Below are positions 1-8,183 of a stretch of 23,596 bases of DNA, piece after piece. Under the pieces are notes generated by a model. The model searched no databases. It was given only the letters and a program-made list of their open reading frames with translations, and had not been told where the DNA came from. How positions within the stretch are numbered: the first letter of the stretch is position 1; each line of letters opens with the position of its first letter. The position numbers and the translations under genes are program-made. Source of the DNA: Nanobdellota archaeon (GTDB lineage Archaea; Nanobdellota; Nanobdellia; Pacearchaeales; GW2011-AR1); the NCBI GenBank assembly GCA_038044285.1, contig JBBTAH010000031.1:1-23596 (forward strand), written 5' to 3'.

Positions 1-327
1 TACTTCTTTTACTACTGACAAGAATTTTGTTTCTAATTTTTTTATATTTGACTGCGTTCGTCCATAGATTAATTGATTTCTGTAAGACATTATGTCGCTT
101 ATTGATAATTTATTAGCGTGCCACGCTTCAGGCGATGACATTATTTCAGTGTTGCCGATTTCCTGCGGCGCTAAAATTCCTGTGTAGACATTTGGATAAT
201 TCCATTTTCCTACAAAAATTTCTGGAGGTGTTGAGCCGCTGAATTGCTCTAACTTGACTGTTTTTCCTAGGAAGAATGTGTGCTTGTCGCAGTCTTCTTG
301 CCCGCAGGTCTTGCATATTTGAGGCAT
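1..327 (-). CDS. nreA: Nre-family (DUF650/DUF651-type) archaeal DNA-repair-associated protein; N-terminal 109 codons only, since the gene runs off the window at position 1
   Basis: It is absent from the ORF track because it is open at the window edge. The reverse-strand ATG at 327..325 gives MPQICKTCGQEDCDKHTFFLGKTVKLEQFSGSTPPEIFVGKWNYPNVYTGILAPQEIGNTEIMSSPEAWHANKLSISDIMSYRNQLIY. The N-terminal Cys cluster and the block STPPEIFVGxxxYPNVxTGILAP match my memory of Nre N-termini (Haloferax NreA has GSTSPSIFVGRSGYPDVSTGILSP). This is a from-memory comparison; no search was run. Confidence 0.6.
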   Translation of the reverse strand, partial: MPQICKTCGQEDCDKHTFFLGKTVKLEQFSGSTPPEIFVGKWNYPNVYTGILAPQEIGNTEIMSSPEAWHANKLSISDIMSYRNQLIYGRTQSNIKKLETKFLSVVKEV

Positions 328-348
328 TTTGATTTAATGGATGGGATG

Positions 349-356
349 TTTATAGG
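349..356 (-). promoter_or_regulatory. TATA-like element for the Nre gene
   Basis: The minus strand reads CCTATAAA, with its centre 25.5 nt upstream of the A of ATG 327. It overlaps the stop codon of the upstream gene. Confidence 0.35.
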
Positions 357-832
357 AATTGCTGTGCTATTCGCTCTAAATGTCGTAAGCTTTCTCTAAA
401 TTCTTCCTTGTCTTCTTCGGTCATTTCTTCTTCTGTTTCTGCATAAATAAGGAGGTCTTTGAAAAATTTTGATCTTAATATGGAGTGTTCTTTTTTTATT
501 TCTAGTGGTACTGCCCTTAATTCTTCTTCTAGTGCTTTTTTACATCTATTGGGGGTGTCTACCCCAAGTTCTACAAATTCAATATACTCATGAAATGCAA
601 CGTATCCTCTAAGAATTTCTGGAATGGTATCTGCTACACCAAGCACATATCCATCTCCTTTTTCTCCAGTAACCCTTACTGCGAAGTTTGGCAGAGAAGG
701 ATTTAGTTTTTGCGGGATTATAAAATATCTAAATTGTCTTCCCTCTATTTCTGCCGTTACTTCCATGCATCTTTGTTTTTGGAAATATTCTCTTGCTCCA
801 TCTATCTGGGCCTTTGTGAATTTTTTTGCCAT
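350..832 (-). CDS. hypothetical protein (160 aa), acidic C-terminal half
   Basis: Complete ATG-to-stop ORF that fits the gene packing and has a TATA-like box at the standard distance. I recognise no family motif. Confidence 0.6.
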   Translation of the reverse strand: MAKKFTKAQIDGAREYFQKQRCMEVTAEIEGRQFRYFIIPQKLNPSLPNFAVRVTGEKGDGYVLGVADTIPEILRGYVAFHEYIEFVELGVDTPNRCKKALEEELRAVPLEIKKEHSILRSKFFKDLLIYAETEEEMTEEDKEEFRESLRHLERIAQQFL

Positions 833-853
833 ATCAAAACAGAAATTTATCCC

Positions 854-861
854 TTTTTAAG
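854..861 (-). promoter_or_regulatory. TATA-like element for the 350..832 gene
   Basis: The minus strand reads CTTAAAAA, with its centre 25.5 nt upstream of ATG 832. Confidence 0.35.
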
Positions 862-862
862 T

Positions 863-1126
863 TTATTCTTCTTCGTCTTCGACTTCTTCTTTTATGCGGC
901 GGTTGTGCAGGCGGAATTCAATAACGCCGATTACTCCGAGAATTATGCCGCCGACGATCGTGGCAATGCCTATTTTTAGCATTGAAGTATTATCTTTTGA
1001 TAGCTGTATAAGTGCAAAGCCGAGGATTAGCGCCGCGAATGTTGTCCGGATATACGACAGGAGAGTTCTTTCGTTAGACATGAAAGTTCTTTCTTCTTCT
1101 AATTTTATAATCCTTGTTTTTTTCAT
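863..1126 (-). CDS. DUF202 (YidH-like) small membrane protein
   Basis: The block EEERTFMSNERTLLSYIRTTFAALILGFALI matches the DUF202 signature (ERT.LAW.RT followed by a TM helix). A second TM helix is IGIATIVGGIILGVIGVI. The C-terminal tail is acidic. Confidence 0.7.
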   Translation of the reverse strand: MKKTRIIKLEEERTFMSNERTLLSYIRTTFAALILGFALIQLSKDNTSMLKIGIATIVGGIILGVIGVIEFRLHNRRIKEEVEDEEE

Positions 1127-1147
1127 GGACTTAATAGTAGAATATTG

Positions 1148-1155
1148 TTATTAAA
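1148..1155 (-). promoter_or_regulatory. TATA box for the DUF202 gene
   Basis: The minus strand reads TTTAATAA, with its centre 25.5 nt upstream of ATG 1126. Confidence 0.45.
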
Positions 1156-1345
1156 TATTGCTTTTTGTAGTGTCGTTAAACTAACTGATGATGACATTAT
1201 GTCTTATTTACTATAATTAATGCACTATCAACAGTTTGGTGCTTAGGAAGTAGGATCTGATATTAAAGGGACTAACGAGCTATTGGTATGCATTTATACT
1301 ATTTATGAGCGTAGAATATTTTAGATATCTAATTACTTACTGGAA

Positions 1346-1543
1346 TTAGTTCTTTAAGTCAGAGATGCCGAGGAGGATGAAGAGTGCGCCTATCATGACG
1401 ACGAGCCAGAACAGGCCTCCTTTGAAGAATTCTCCTGCTGCGCTCCAGAAGTTCCATGCGCCCCAGCTTTGCGAGTAGTACGCGACTGCTATCGCGCCTA
1501 TCACTAGGATGAGGCCTACAAAAAGTTCGGACCACTTGTTCAT
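1346..1543 (-). CDS. small two-TM membrane protein (65 aa), hypothetical
   Basis: Complete ATG ORF with two hydrophobic helices (LFVGLILVIGAIAVAYY and LFWLVVMIGALFILLGI) and a canonical TATA spacing upstream. Confidence 0.55.
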   Translation of the reverse strand: MNKWSELFVGLILVIGAIAVAYYSQSWGAWNFWSAAGEFFKGGLFWLVVMIGALFILLGISDLKN

Positions 1544-1564
1544 GATTTCTTGTGTTTTGAACGG

Positions 1565-1572
1565 TATTTAAA
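1565..1572 (-). promoter_or_regulatory. TATA box for the 65-aa membrane protein gene
   Basis: The minus strand reads TTTAAATA, with its centre 25.5 nt upstream of ATG 1543. Confidence 0.45.
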
Positions 1573-1741
1573 CATTTTTGTTGTTGGTTATTAAGATGAT
1601 ACTATCGGATATTATTTTGGAAAGATATTTAAGAGACGATTAGATAATTGATTTTATGGTTCAAGGTAACTATTTATTTTGGTTTAGAAGATTCAGCTAC
1701 TTTGATTGTTTACTTCAATTGGATTTGCAGTTTTGTTGAAG

Positions 1742-1749
1742 TTTATAAA
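1742..1749 (+). promoter_or_regulatory. TATA box for the ArsR-type gene
   Basis: TTTATAAA, with its centre 25.5 nt upstream of ATG 1771. Confidence 0.5.
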
Positions 1750-1770
1750 TTACTTTTTGCTTGAATTGAT

Positions 1771-2352
1771 ATGGGTAAAAGCTCCATTAGTATTGATTTA
1801 GATGATCCGCGGACTGGACAAGTAGCTGAAGCTCTTGCGAATAAGCCGTGTGTGAAGGTGCTTGGCTTGATTGCCGAAGAAGAACTACGCGAAGTTGATA
1901 TTGCCAATAGACTGGGTTTGCCGCTGAATACTGTTGAATATAATTTAAAAAAACTGATTAATGTCGGCCTTGTGGAGAAGTCAAGCAATTTTTTTTGGAG
2001 CGTTAAGGGAAAGAAGACGCCTGTTTACAGAGTTGCTAACAAGAAAATTGTTATTTCGCCGAGAAGAGCGATTAAAGGAGTTGTGCCGGCTGTTTTGCTT
2101 TCAGGAGTTGTGGCAGTTGTTTTGAGATATTTAAGTTTGGGAAGGCTTTCTCAGAAATCTGGTTTTGTTGAGACTGCTTCTGATAGCGCTTCTGGATCTG
2201 CGTCAATTGCTGCGCGTGCACCCGAAATTTCTGCTACTGCTTCTTCTGGGATTTTTGGAGCTGTGTGGACTTGGTTTTTTATTGGAGCTTTGTTTTCACT
2301 TATTGTTTTATTTTTGTGGGACTGGTTCAATTATTGGAGGAAGAATTTCTGA
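1771..2352 (+). CDS. membrane-anchored ArsR-family winged-helix transcriptional regulator
   Basis: The N-terminal segment VAEALANKPCVKVLGLIAEEELREVDIANRLGLPLNTVEYNLKKLINVGLVEK is a typical ArsR/HTH_20 pattern. The C-terminal half has two TM helices (VVPAVLLSGVVAVVLRYL and IFGAVWTWFFIGALFSLIVLFLW) separated by a Ser/Ala-rich linker. Confidence 0.7.
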   Translation: MGKSSISIDLDDPRTGQVAEALANKPCVKVLGLIAEEELREVDIANRLGLPLNTVEYNLKKLINVGLVEKSSNFFWSVKGKKTPVYRVANKKIVISPRRAIKGVVPAVLLSGVVAVVLRYLSLGRLSQKSGFVETASDSASGSASIAARAPEISATASSGIFGAVWTWFFIGALFSLIVLFLWDWFNYWRKNF

Positions 2353-2392
2353 TTATGGTAGAGATTCAAATTTGTTTGAAGTTTAACTACGA

Positions 2393-2400
2393 TTTAAATA
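2393..2400 (+). promoter_or_regulatory. TATA box for the beta-propeller gene
   Basis: TTTAAATA, with its centre 25.5 nt upstream of ATG 2422. Confidence 0.5.
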
Positions 2401-2421
2401 CGTTGGAGATTTTACGACGAC

Positions 2422-4530
2422 ATGGATAAAGATTTAAGCGTTGTTTTATGGCTCGGAGTGGTCTTGATAGGTTTTGTAGCTGTGCTTGTTGTTTTCTCTT
2501 CTGATGGAGTTGTTGTCGGCGAGGATGTTTCTCTTGATAAGTTTAATTCTTATGATGAACTGAAGAGTTTTTTGAAAGAAAATACCCAGCAGACAGCAGG
2601 AGTTGGATTATTTGGAGGTACGACTGAAGTTGCGAGTATTACAAGTTCTGATTCAGAGGCAAGTTTAAGATCTAATTTAGAGTCTAGTTCTGCTTCTGCT
2701 GGAACTTATTCACAGACGAATATTCAAGTTGTCGGAGTTGATGAGCCGGATGTTGTTAAGAACGACGGCAAATATATTTATCAAATTGTGCAGAATAACA
2801 AAGTCGTGATTGTTGATGCTTTTCCTGCTTCTGAAATGAAGATTGTTTCTGAACTGGAATTTGATAATAATGTTGTCGGGTTGTTTGTTTACGATAATAA
2901 ATTAATTGTTATTGAAGCTGTTTATGGCTATTACAGCTATGGCAGACCTGAAATTGCTACTGATGCTGTTGCTTCTACTGCTGTTGCTGTTGACGGATTT
3001 GTTGCGCCAGTGGAGCAGACGCGGCCCGAAGTGAAAGTGCATGTTTATGATTTAACTGATATTGAGAATCTTGAATTGGAGGACACCTTTGTTTCTAAGG
3101 GTAATTATTATACTGCGCGCATGATTGATGGAGTTGTTTATGTTGTTTCTAATTATTATGCTGATACTGAAAATCCTGTTCTGCCTGTTTTTGCTTCTGA
3201 TGCTGGGACTCGCGAAGTTGCAGTTTCTGATATTTATTATCCTGTTATAGGAGACAGCTCGTTTTTGTTTACCTCTGTTTTAGGCGTTGATGTTTTGGGA
3301 TTGGAGTTTTCCGGAGATGTTTTTCTGACCGGAAACAGCGGAGTTAGTTATGTTTCTCGTGATGCACTTTACCTGACTCATCAAAAATATTTTGATTATG
3401 GAAAATTTCAGGAAGATATGATTCGCGAAGTTTTCCTTCCTTTGCTGCCTGCTGATGACAGAAGTGATGCTGAAGAAATAATTGACAGCGATGAGCCATA
3501 TTATACAAAGTCGCGAGATATGGAACAGATTTTTGCTGGATATTTCAATGAATTGACTGAGGAAGAAAAGAAGACTTTGCAGGAAGAGCTGCAGGAATCC
3601 ATGCAGGAATTTGCTTCTTCGTGGAGCAAGAAATACCAGAAGACAGCGATTCACAAGATTGAGCTTGACGGCTTGGACATTTCTTATGCTGGAAGCGGAG
3701 AGGTTCCAGGATATTTGCTTAATCAGTTTTCTCTTGATGAGGATGACGGATATTTGAGAGTTGCTACGACTATCGGCGAGGCGTGGTTTGGTGCTGGGAG
3801 TACAATGAGCGGGAATAACTTGTATGTTTTAGATGAGAATTTGGAGATTGTCGGAAGTGTTGAGGATTTGGCGCCGGGCGAGAGAATTTATTCTACTAGA
3901 TTCGTCGGAGATAAAGCTTATATGGTGACTTTTAGGCAGGTTGATCCTTTGTATGTTATTGATTTATCGGATGAAGAAAATCCTAAGGTGCTTGGATATT
4001 TGAAAGTGACTGGCTTTTCAAATTATCTTCAGCCTTACGATGACAAACATTTGATTGGAATTGGGCACGAAGCGACTTTGGAGGGCCGTCAGCAAGGCTT
4101 GAAGATTTCATTGTTTGATGTTTCTGATTTTGAAAATCCTCTTGAAGTTGACAAATATGTTTTTGAGGGCGGATGGTCGTCGTCTGAAGCTGAATATGAA
4201 CACAAAGCTGTTTTGTTTGACAAGGAAAAGAATTTACTTGTAATTCCTGTGAGTACAAACAATTATGATTACAACAGTTATTGGCAAGGAGCTTATGTTT
4301 TTGATATTGATACTCAGGGAATCGGATTGAGAGGGAAAATTTCTCATGATGAAAGTACTGACGGGAGTTATTATTATAACAGCTATGTTAGACGCTCGCT
4401 GTATTTGGATGACGTGCTATATACGATTTCTGACAAGAAGATAAAGGCGAATGATTTGAATACTTTGGATAATATTAAGTCTTTGGTGCTTCCTGTTGAA
4501 GAAATTGAAGTGCAGCCTGTTGTTTACTAA
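2422..4530 (+). CDS. secreted or membrane-anchored beta-propeller domain protein (COG4880 / Beta_propel family)
   Basis: There is an N-terminal signal anchor (VVLWLGVVLIGFVAVLVVF). The block YSQTNIQVVGVDEPDVVKNDGKYIY and later STRFVGDKAYMVTFRQVDPLYVIDLSDEENPKVLGYLKVTGFSNYLQPYDD are characteristic of this family as I recall it. Confidence 0.75.
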   Translation: MDKDLSVVLWLGVVLIGFVAVLVVFSSDGVVVGEDVSLDKFNSYDELKSFLKENTQQTAGVGLFGGTTEVASITSSDSEASLRSNLESSSASAGTYSQTNIQVVGVDEPDVVKNDGKYIYQIVQNNKVVIVDAFPASEMKIVSELEFDNNVVGLFVYDNKLIVIEAVYGYYSYGRPEIATDAVASTAVAVDGFVAPVEQTRPEVKVHVYDLTDIENLELEDTFVSKGNYYTARMIDGVVYVVSNYYADTENPVLPVFASDAGTREVAVSDIYYPVIGDSSFLFTSVLGVDVLGLEFSGDVFLTGNSGVSYVSRDALYLTHQKYFDYGKFQEDMIREVFLPLLPADDRSDAEEIIDSDEPYYTKSRDMEQIFAGYFNELTEEEKKTLQEELQESMQEFASSWSKKYQKTAIHKIELDGLDISYAGSGEVPGYLLNQFSLDEDDGYLRVATTIGEAWFGAGSTMSGNNLYVLDENLEIVGSVEDLAPGERIYSTRFVGDKAYMVTFRQVDPLYVIDLSDEENPKVLGYLKVTGFSNYLQPYDDKHLIGIGHEATLEGRQQGLKISLFDVSDFENPLEVDKYVFEGGWSSSEAEYEHKAVLFDKEKNLLVIPVSTNNYDYNSYWQGAYVFDIDTQGIGLRGKISHDESTDGSYYYNSYVRRSLYLDDVLYTISDKKIKANDLNTLDNIKSLVLPVEEIEVQPVVY

Positions 4531-4532
4531 GT

Positions 4533-4540
4533 ATTAAAAA
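4533..4540 (+). promoter_or_regulatory. TATA-like box for the DHH gene (and the co-transcribed uppS fusion)
   Basis: ATTAAAAA, with its centre 25.5 nt upstream of ATG 4562. Confidence 0.45.
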
Positions 4541-4561
4541 GCTTATTTTTCTGAGTTAGAT

Positions 4562-5605
4562 ATGCTAACTAAGAAGCAATTGTCTGAAATAAGAGAGCAT
4601 CTTGAAAGGAGCCAGAATCCGATTTTTTTGTTTGACAACGATGTTGATGGATTGTGCAGTTATGTTTTGCTTCGTAGATTTCTGGGGCGCGGGAAGGGAG
4701 TGGCTGTGAAGTCGCATCCGAATGTTGATGCGCGCTATGCGAAAAGAGTACAGGAGCTTGGAGGGGATTGCGTGTTTGTTTTAGACAGACATTCTTTAGG
4801 AAATGAATTTGTTCAGGAGATTGCAAATTTGCAGCTGCCAATTGTTTGGATTGACCATCATGACGTGGCTTTTGAGGAATATAATTATTCTTTGCTGCAT
4901 CATTATAATCCAATTAGAAATAAAAGGAAAAGCAGTGAACCAACTACTTATTTGTGCTATTCTGCCACACAGAAGATTGAAGATTCGTGGATTGCTTTGA
5001 TTGGATGCATTGCTGATCACTATATTCCTAAATTTACAGATGATTTTGAGAAGAGATACCCTGAGCTTTGGGCTAGAAAAATTACTGCGCCGTTTCAGGC
5101 GTTGTATACAACTGGAATTGGAAGACTTTCGCGGGCTTTAAGCTTTGGGATGAAGGATTCAATTACTCATGTTGTCGAATTACAAAACTTCTTAGTAAAT
5201 TGTAAAAGCCCTTTGGATTTGGAACGGGAGCTTGATGGAAACGGAGCCTTTGCTTTAAAATACAGGGAGATTTTGAAAAAGTATACTGTTCTTTTAGATG
5301 CTGCCAAGCTTTCTGTTTCTGATAAATATTTGATTTTTAATTATTCTGGGACTTTGAGTATAAGCTCTGATTTGTCTAACGAGCTGTCTTATATTTTTCC
5401 AGGAAAATATATTTGTGTTGCTTACAGCTCAGGACCGATAACTAATATTTCTTTGCGAGGAAATAATGTAAAAAATATTTTAGAACAAGTTTTGCCTAGT
5501 TTTGTAGGAGCGACTGGCGGAGGGCATAAAGATGCTGTTGGCGCGCGGATTCAGGCGAGCGAGTGGGATAGGTTTGTTGAAATGCTGAAGGAGAAATTTA
5601 CATAG
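4562..5605 (+). CDS. DHH/DHHA1 family phosphoesterase (RecJ/NrnA-like)
   Basis: The DHH motifs appear in order: FLFDNDVDG (motif I), VFVLD (II), VWIDHHD (III) and GATGGGHKDAVGARI (the DHHA1 GGGH motif). Confidence 0.75.
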   Translation: MLTKKQLSEIREHLERSQNPIFLFDNDVDGLCSYVLLRRFLGRGKGVAVKSHPNVDARYAKRVQELGGDCVFVLDRHSLGNEFVQEIANLQLPIVWIDHHDVAFEEYNYSLLHHYNPIRNKRKSSEPTTYLCYSATQKIEDSWIALIGCIADHYIPKFTDDFEKRYPELWARKITAPFQALYTTGIGRLSRALSFGMKDSITHVVELQNFLVNCKSPLDLERELDGNGAFALKYREILKKYTVLLDAAKLSVSDKYLIFNYSGTLSISSDLSNELSYIFPGKYICVAYSSGPITNISLRGNNVKNILEQVLPSFVGATGGGHKDAVGARIQASEWDRFVEMLKEKFT

Positions 5606-5613
5606 TTAGCAAA

Positions 5614-6636
5614 ATGAAAGAACTGAAAATTATTTTGAGTGGACGTGTGCAAGGCGTTAGGTTTAGGCATTTTGTCAAAGAAACTGCCGATGTACTTGAT
5701 GTGAAAGGTTACGTGCAAAATCAGCCTGACGGCTCTGTGCTTGTTGTGGCTCAGGGCAGCGAGGGAAATCTCAAAATTTTTCTTGAGCGCTTGCAAAAAG
5801 GAAATGCTCTTTCTAAGATAGATAGCTTTCATTATATTTGGCGCGAAGCATCTGAGATTTTTGAAAGCTTTGAGATTAAAATTGATAAGGCTTTTGTTGC
5901 TGACCAAACGTTAAGCCTTTTTAACTTGAGCAAGAGCTTATTTCATATGAGAACTAAATCGCCACGACATGTTGCAATAATTCCTGATGGGAATCGCAGA
6001 TGGGCGCAAGAGCGTGGAAAGCCAGGGATTGAAGGACACGCTTATGCTTCTAGATATGAGCATTTGCGCTCGCTTCTTGATGAGGCGCGAAATTTAGGAG
6101 TGGAATACGTGACTTTTTGGGCGTTTTCGACGGATAATTGGCAGCGCGAGAAGCATGAAGTTGACAGACTTTTTTCTTTAATGACTCGGGTTTTGAAAAG
6201 ATTGGAAAGAGATGCTGTTGCAAAGAAGATAAGATTCCGCCACATAGGAAGAAGAGATAGGTTACCTGGAAAATTATTACGTGCGATAGAATCTTTGGAG
6301 GGAAGAACAAAAGATTTTCAAGATTTTAATTTACAGATTGCGATTGATTATGGCGGGCGTGATGAGATTTTGCGTGCTGTGAACCGAATGCTTGCTAATG
6401 GAGATAAGTCTGTTAGCGAAGGAGATTTTATGAAATATTTAGACACGCACGAAATTCCTGATCCTGATTTGATTATCAGAACTGCCGGCGAGTATCGTTT
6501 AAGCGGGTTTATGCCTGTGCAAGGAGCTTACGCTGAATTTTATTTTACTGACAGAAAGTTTCCTGATTTTATGCCTGAGGATTTGAGAGCTGCTGTTTCG
6601 GAGTTTGTGCGGCGGAAAAGGAATTACGGGAAATAA
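5614..6636 (+). CDS. uppS: acylphosphatase domain fused to cis-prenyltransferase (undecaprenyl-diphosphate synthase, UppS)
   Basis: Residues 1-90 carry both acylphosphatase signatures (LSGRVQGVRFRHF and GYVQNQPDGSVLVVAQG). Residues about 115-340 carry UppS hallmarks (HVAIIPDGNRRWA, VTFWAFSTDNW, IRTAGEYRLSGFMPVQGAYAEFYF). There is no stop between the two domains. The gene starts 8 nt after the DHH gene stop and has no TATA of its own. Confidence 0.85.
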   Translation: MKELKIILSGRVQGVRFRHFVKETADVLDVKGYVQNQPDGSVLVVAQGSEGNLKIFLERLQKGNALSKIDSFHYIWREASEIFESFEIKIDKAFVADQTLSLFNLSKSLFHMRTKSPRHVAIIPDGNRRWAQERGKPGIEGHAYASRYEHLRSLLDEARNLGVEYVTFWAFSTDNWQREKHEVDRLFSLMTRVLKRLERDAVAKKIRFRHIGRRDRLPGKLLRAIESLEGRTKDFQDFNLQIAIDYGGRDEILRAVNRMLANGDKSVSEGDFMKYLDTHEIPDPDLIIRTAGEYRLSGFMPVQGAYAEFYFTDRKFPDFMPEDLRAAVSEFVRRKRNYGK

Positions 6637-6665
6637 TATATATCTTAATTAGCTATAGCGATTAG

Positions 6666-6673
6666 TTTTTATA
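6666..6673 (+). promoter_or_regulatory. TATA box for gatB
   Basis: TTTTTATA, with its centre 25.5 nt upstream of ATG 6695. Confidence 0.5.
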
Positions 6674-6694
6674 CATGGAATTTATTGTGCATTT

Positions 6695-8056
6695 ATGATT
6701 GGGAAAATCGGGCTTGAGATACACACGTATTTGACGACGCGGGAGAAACTCTTTTGCAGATGTAGGGCATCACGTGAACGTGGTACTAAGCCTAATAGTT
6801 TTGTTTGCCCGATTTGCACTGGACAGCCGGGCGCTAAGCCGATGAGGCCGAATGCCGACGCTGTTGTTAAGGCAGTTAAAATAGGTTTGTTGCTTGAGTG
6901 CAAGATAAATAATGTTTGCCCGTGGATGAGAAAACATTACGACTGGCCGGATTTGCCGAAAGGATATCAAACTACTTTGAGTGGGGCGCATGCTGTGCCT
7001 TTAGGAATTGACGGAAAATTTTTAGGAATTAGAATTGAGAGCATGCATCTTGAAGAAGATCCTGCGGCGTGGGATCCGAATACGGGGAAATTAGATTATA
7101 ATCGCTCTGGTTTGCCTCTTGTTGAAATTGTGACTGCACCAGATTTCAAGACTGCGCAGGAAGTTTATGATTGGGTTAGGAAATTGGTTCATGCTTTAAG
7201 CTATTTGAAGGCTGTTGATTCAAACGCTGGGATTAAGGCAGACGTTAATGTTAATTTAGTTGATGAGCGGGGAGCGAAGAAAACAGAGAGAGTTGAGGTC
7301 AAAAATGTTAATTCTGTTGAAAACATGCGGGCAGCTATTGAGCATGAGATTGAAAGGCAGATGCGCGAAGGAGGCGTGCGCGAGACTCGGAGATTTGACG
7401 AGGTTAAGGGAAAGACGATTAGAATGCGTGGAAAGGAGCAGGCTTGGGATTATAGATTTATTGCCGACCCTGATTTAGTTGTTTTACAGATTTCTAAAGA
7501 CAATGTCTTGAAGTTACAAAAAGAATTGCCTGAATTGCCTAATGTTAAACTTGAGAGATTAATAAAGAAATACAAAATTTCTTCAACAGATGCGGCTGTT
7601 CTTGCGAAGAACATTGATATTGCTTTATTTTTTGAGAAAGTCGCCGGAAGAATTGACGGGAGTTTTGCATTGCCTTGGGTGAATGTCGAGCTTTTGAGGG
7701 TTTTGAATTGGAATAAAAAATCACTTGATGAAGTTTCAATTTCTGTTGAGCATTTTGTCAAACTGCTTGAGATGGTAAAGAATAGGAAAATTACTGAACT
7801 ACAGGCAAAGCAGATTTTGAATAAATTCGTGCCTGCGAGCTTTGATCCTTCCAAAGTTGATGGAAAGATTTCTGATATTAAAGAACTTGAACCATTTGTT
7901 TTGAAAGTTATTAAAGAGAATGCGAAGGTTGTTGCGGACTATAAGTCAGGCGACGCTAAGGCTTTGAATTTTTTGCTTGGTGAAGTTATGAAAGCAACTG
8001 AACGGCGTGCTGATTTTGCTGTTGCGCGGAGATTGCTTGAGAATATCTTGAAATAA
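6695..8056 (+). CDS. gatB: aspartyl/glutamyl-tRNA amidotransferase subunit B
   Basis: The N-terminus IGLEIHTYLTTREKLFCRC...CPICTGQPGAKP and the block MHLEEDPAA fit GatB. The C-terminal tail domain is GatB/YqeY-like (ALNFLLGEVMKATERRAD). Confidence 0.85.
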   Translation: MIGKIGLEIHTYLTTREKLFCRCRASRERGTKPNSFVCPICTGQPGAKPMRPNADAVVKAVKIGLLLECKINNVCPWMRKHYDWPDLPKGYQTTLSGAHAVPLGIDGKFLGIRIESMHLEEDPAAWDPNTGKLDYNRSGLPLVEIVTAPDFKTAQEVYDWVRKLVHALSYLKAVDSNAGIKADVNVNLVDERGAKKTERVEVKNVNSVENMRAAIEHEIERQMREGGVRETRRFDEVKGKTIRMRGKEQAWDYRFIADPDLVVLQISKDNVLKLQKELPELPNVKLERLIKKYKISSTDAAVLAKNIDIALFFEKVAGRIDGSFALPWVNVELLRVLNWNKKSLDEVSISVEHFVKLLEMVKNRKITELQAKQILNKFVPASFDPSKVDGKISDIKELEPFVLKVIKENAKVVADYKSGDAKALNFLLGEVMKATERRADFAVARRLLENILK

Positions 8057-8057
8057 A

Positions 8058-8152
8058 CGGCCCTACGAGGAATTGAACCTCGGTCCTCAGGTTGCTTCAA
8101 AACTATTTTGTTTCGCCGAAGCCTGATATTCTATCCGTTAAACTATAGGGCC
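8058..8152 (-). tRNA. tRNA-Arg (anticodon UCG) with a 23-nt canonical-position intron
   Basis: The minus strand folds as GGCCCTA TA GTTT AACGGATA GAAT A TCAGG CTTCGG [intron] A CCTGA GGAC CGAGG TTCAATT CCTCG TAGGGCC G. The acceptor stem has 7 perfect pairs, the T arm is 5 bp with a TTCAATT loop, and the anticodon stem is 5 bp. U33 and G37 flank the anticodon TCG. The exons total 72 nt. No CCA is encoded. Confidence 0.85.
8093..8115 (-). other. tRNA intron (between positions 37 and 38), bulge-helix-bulge type
   Basis: The intron is CGAAACAAAATAGTTTTGAAGCA. Its GAAG pairs with the CTTC of the anticodon loop, the usual archaeal pre-tRNA arrangement at a 37/38 intron. Confidence 0.7.
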
Positions 8153-8175
8153 TTATATTGTGCGGCTAATGGTGT

Positions 8176-8183
8176 TTTTTAAA
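8176..8183 (-). promoter_or_regulatory. TATA-like box for the tRNA gene
   Basis: The minus strand reads TTTAAAAA, with its centre 27.5 nt upstream of the mature tRNA 5' end (8152). It abuts the aminopeptidase stop codon. Confidence 0.4.

Noticed and set aside
1188-1260. Possible C/D-box sRNA: ATGATGA (C box) at 1188..1194 and CTGA (D box) at 1257..1260
   Set aside because: There are no internal C' or D' boxes and no terminal stem complementarity flanking the boxes. The 73-nt spacing is at the long end for archaeal C/D sRNAs. Short motifs like these are expected by chance.
5947-6636. Annotating uppS as a separate gene that starts at the internal ATG 5947
   Set aside because: There is no stop codon between the acylphosphatase domain and this ATG, and no TATA box at the local spacing upstream of 5947. 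The fused reading is therefore the default, and an internal start remains only a possibility.
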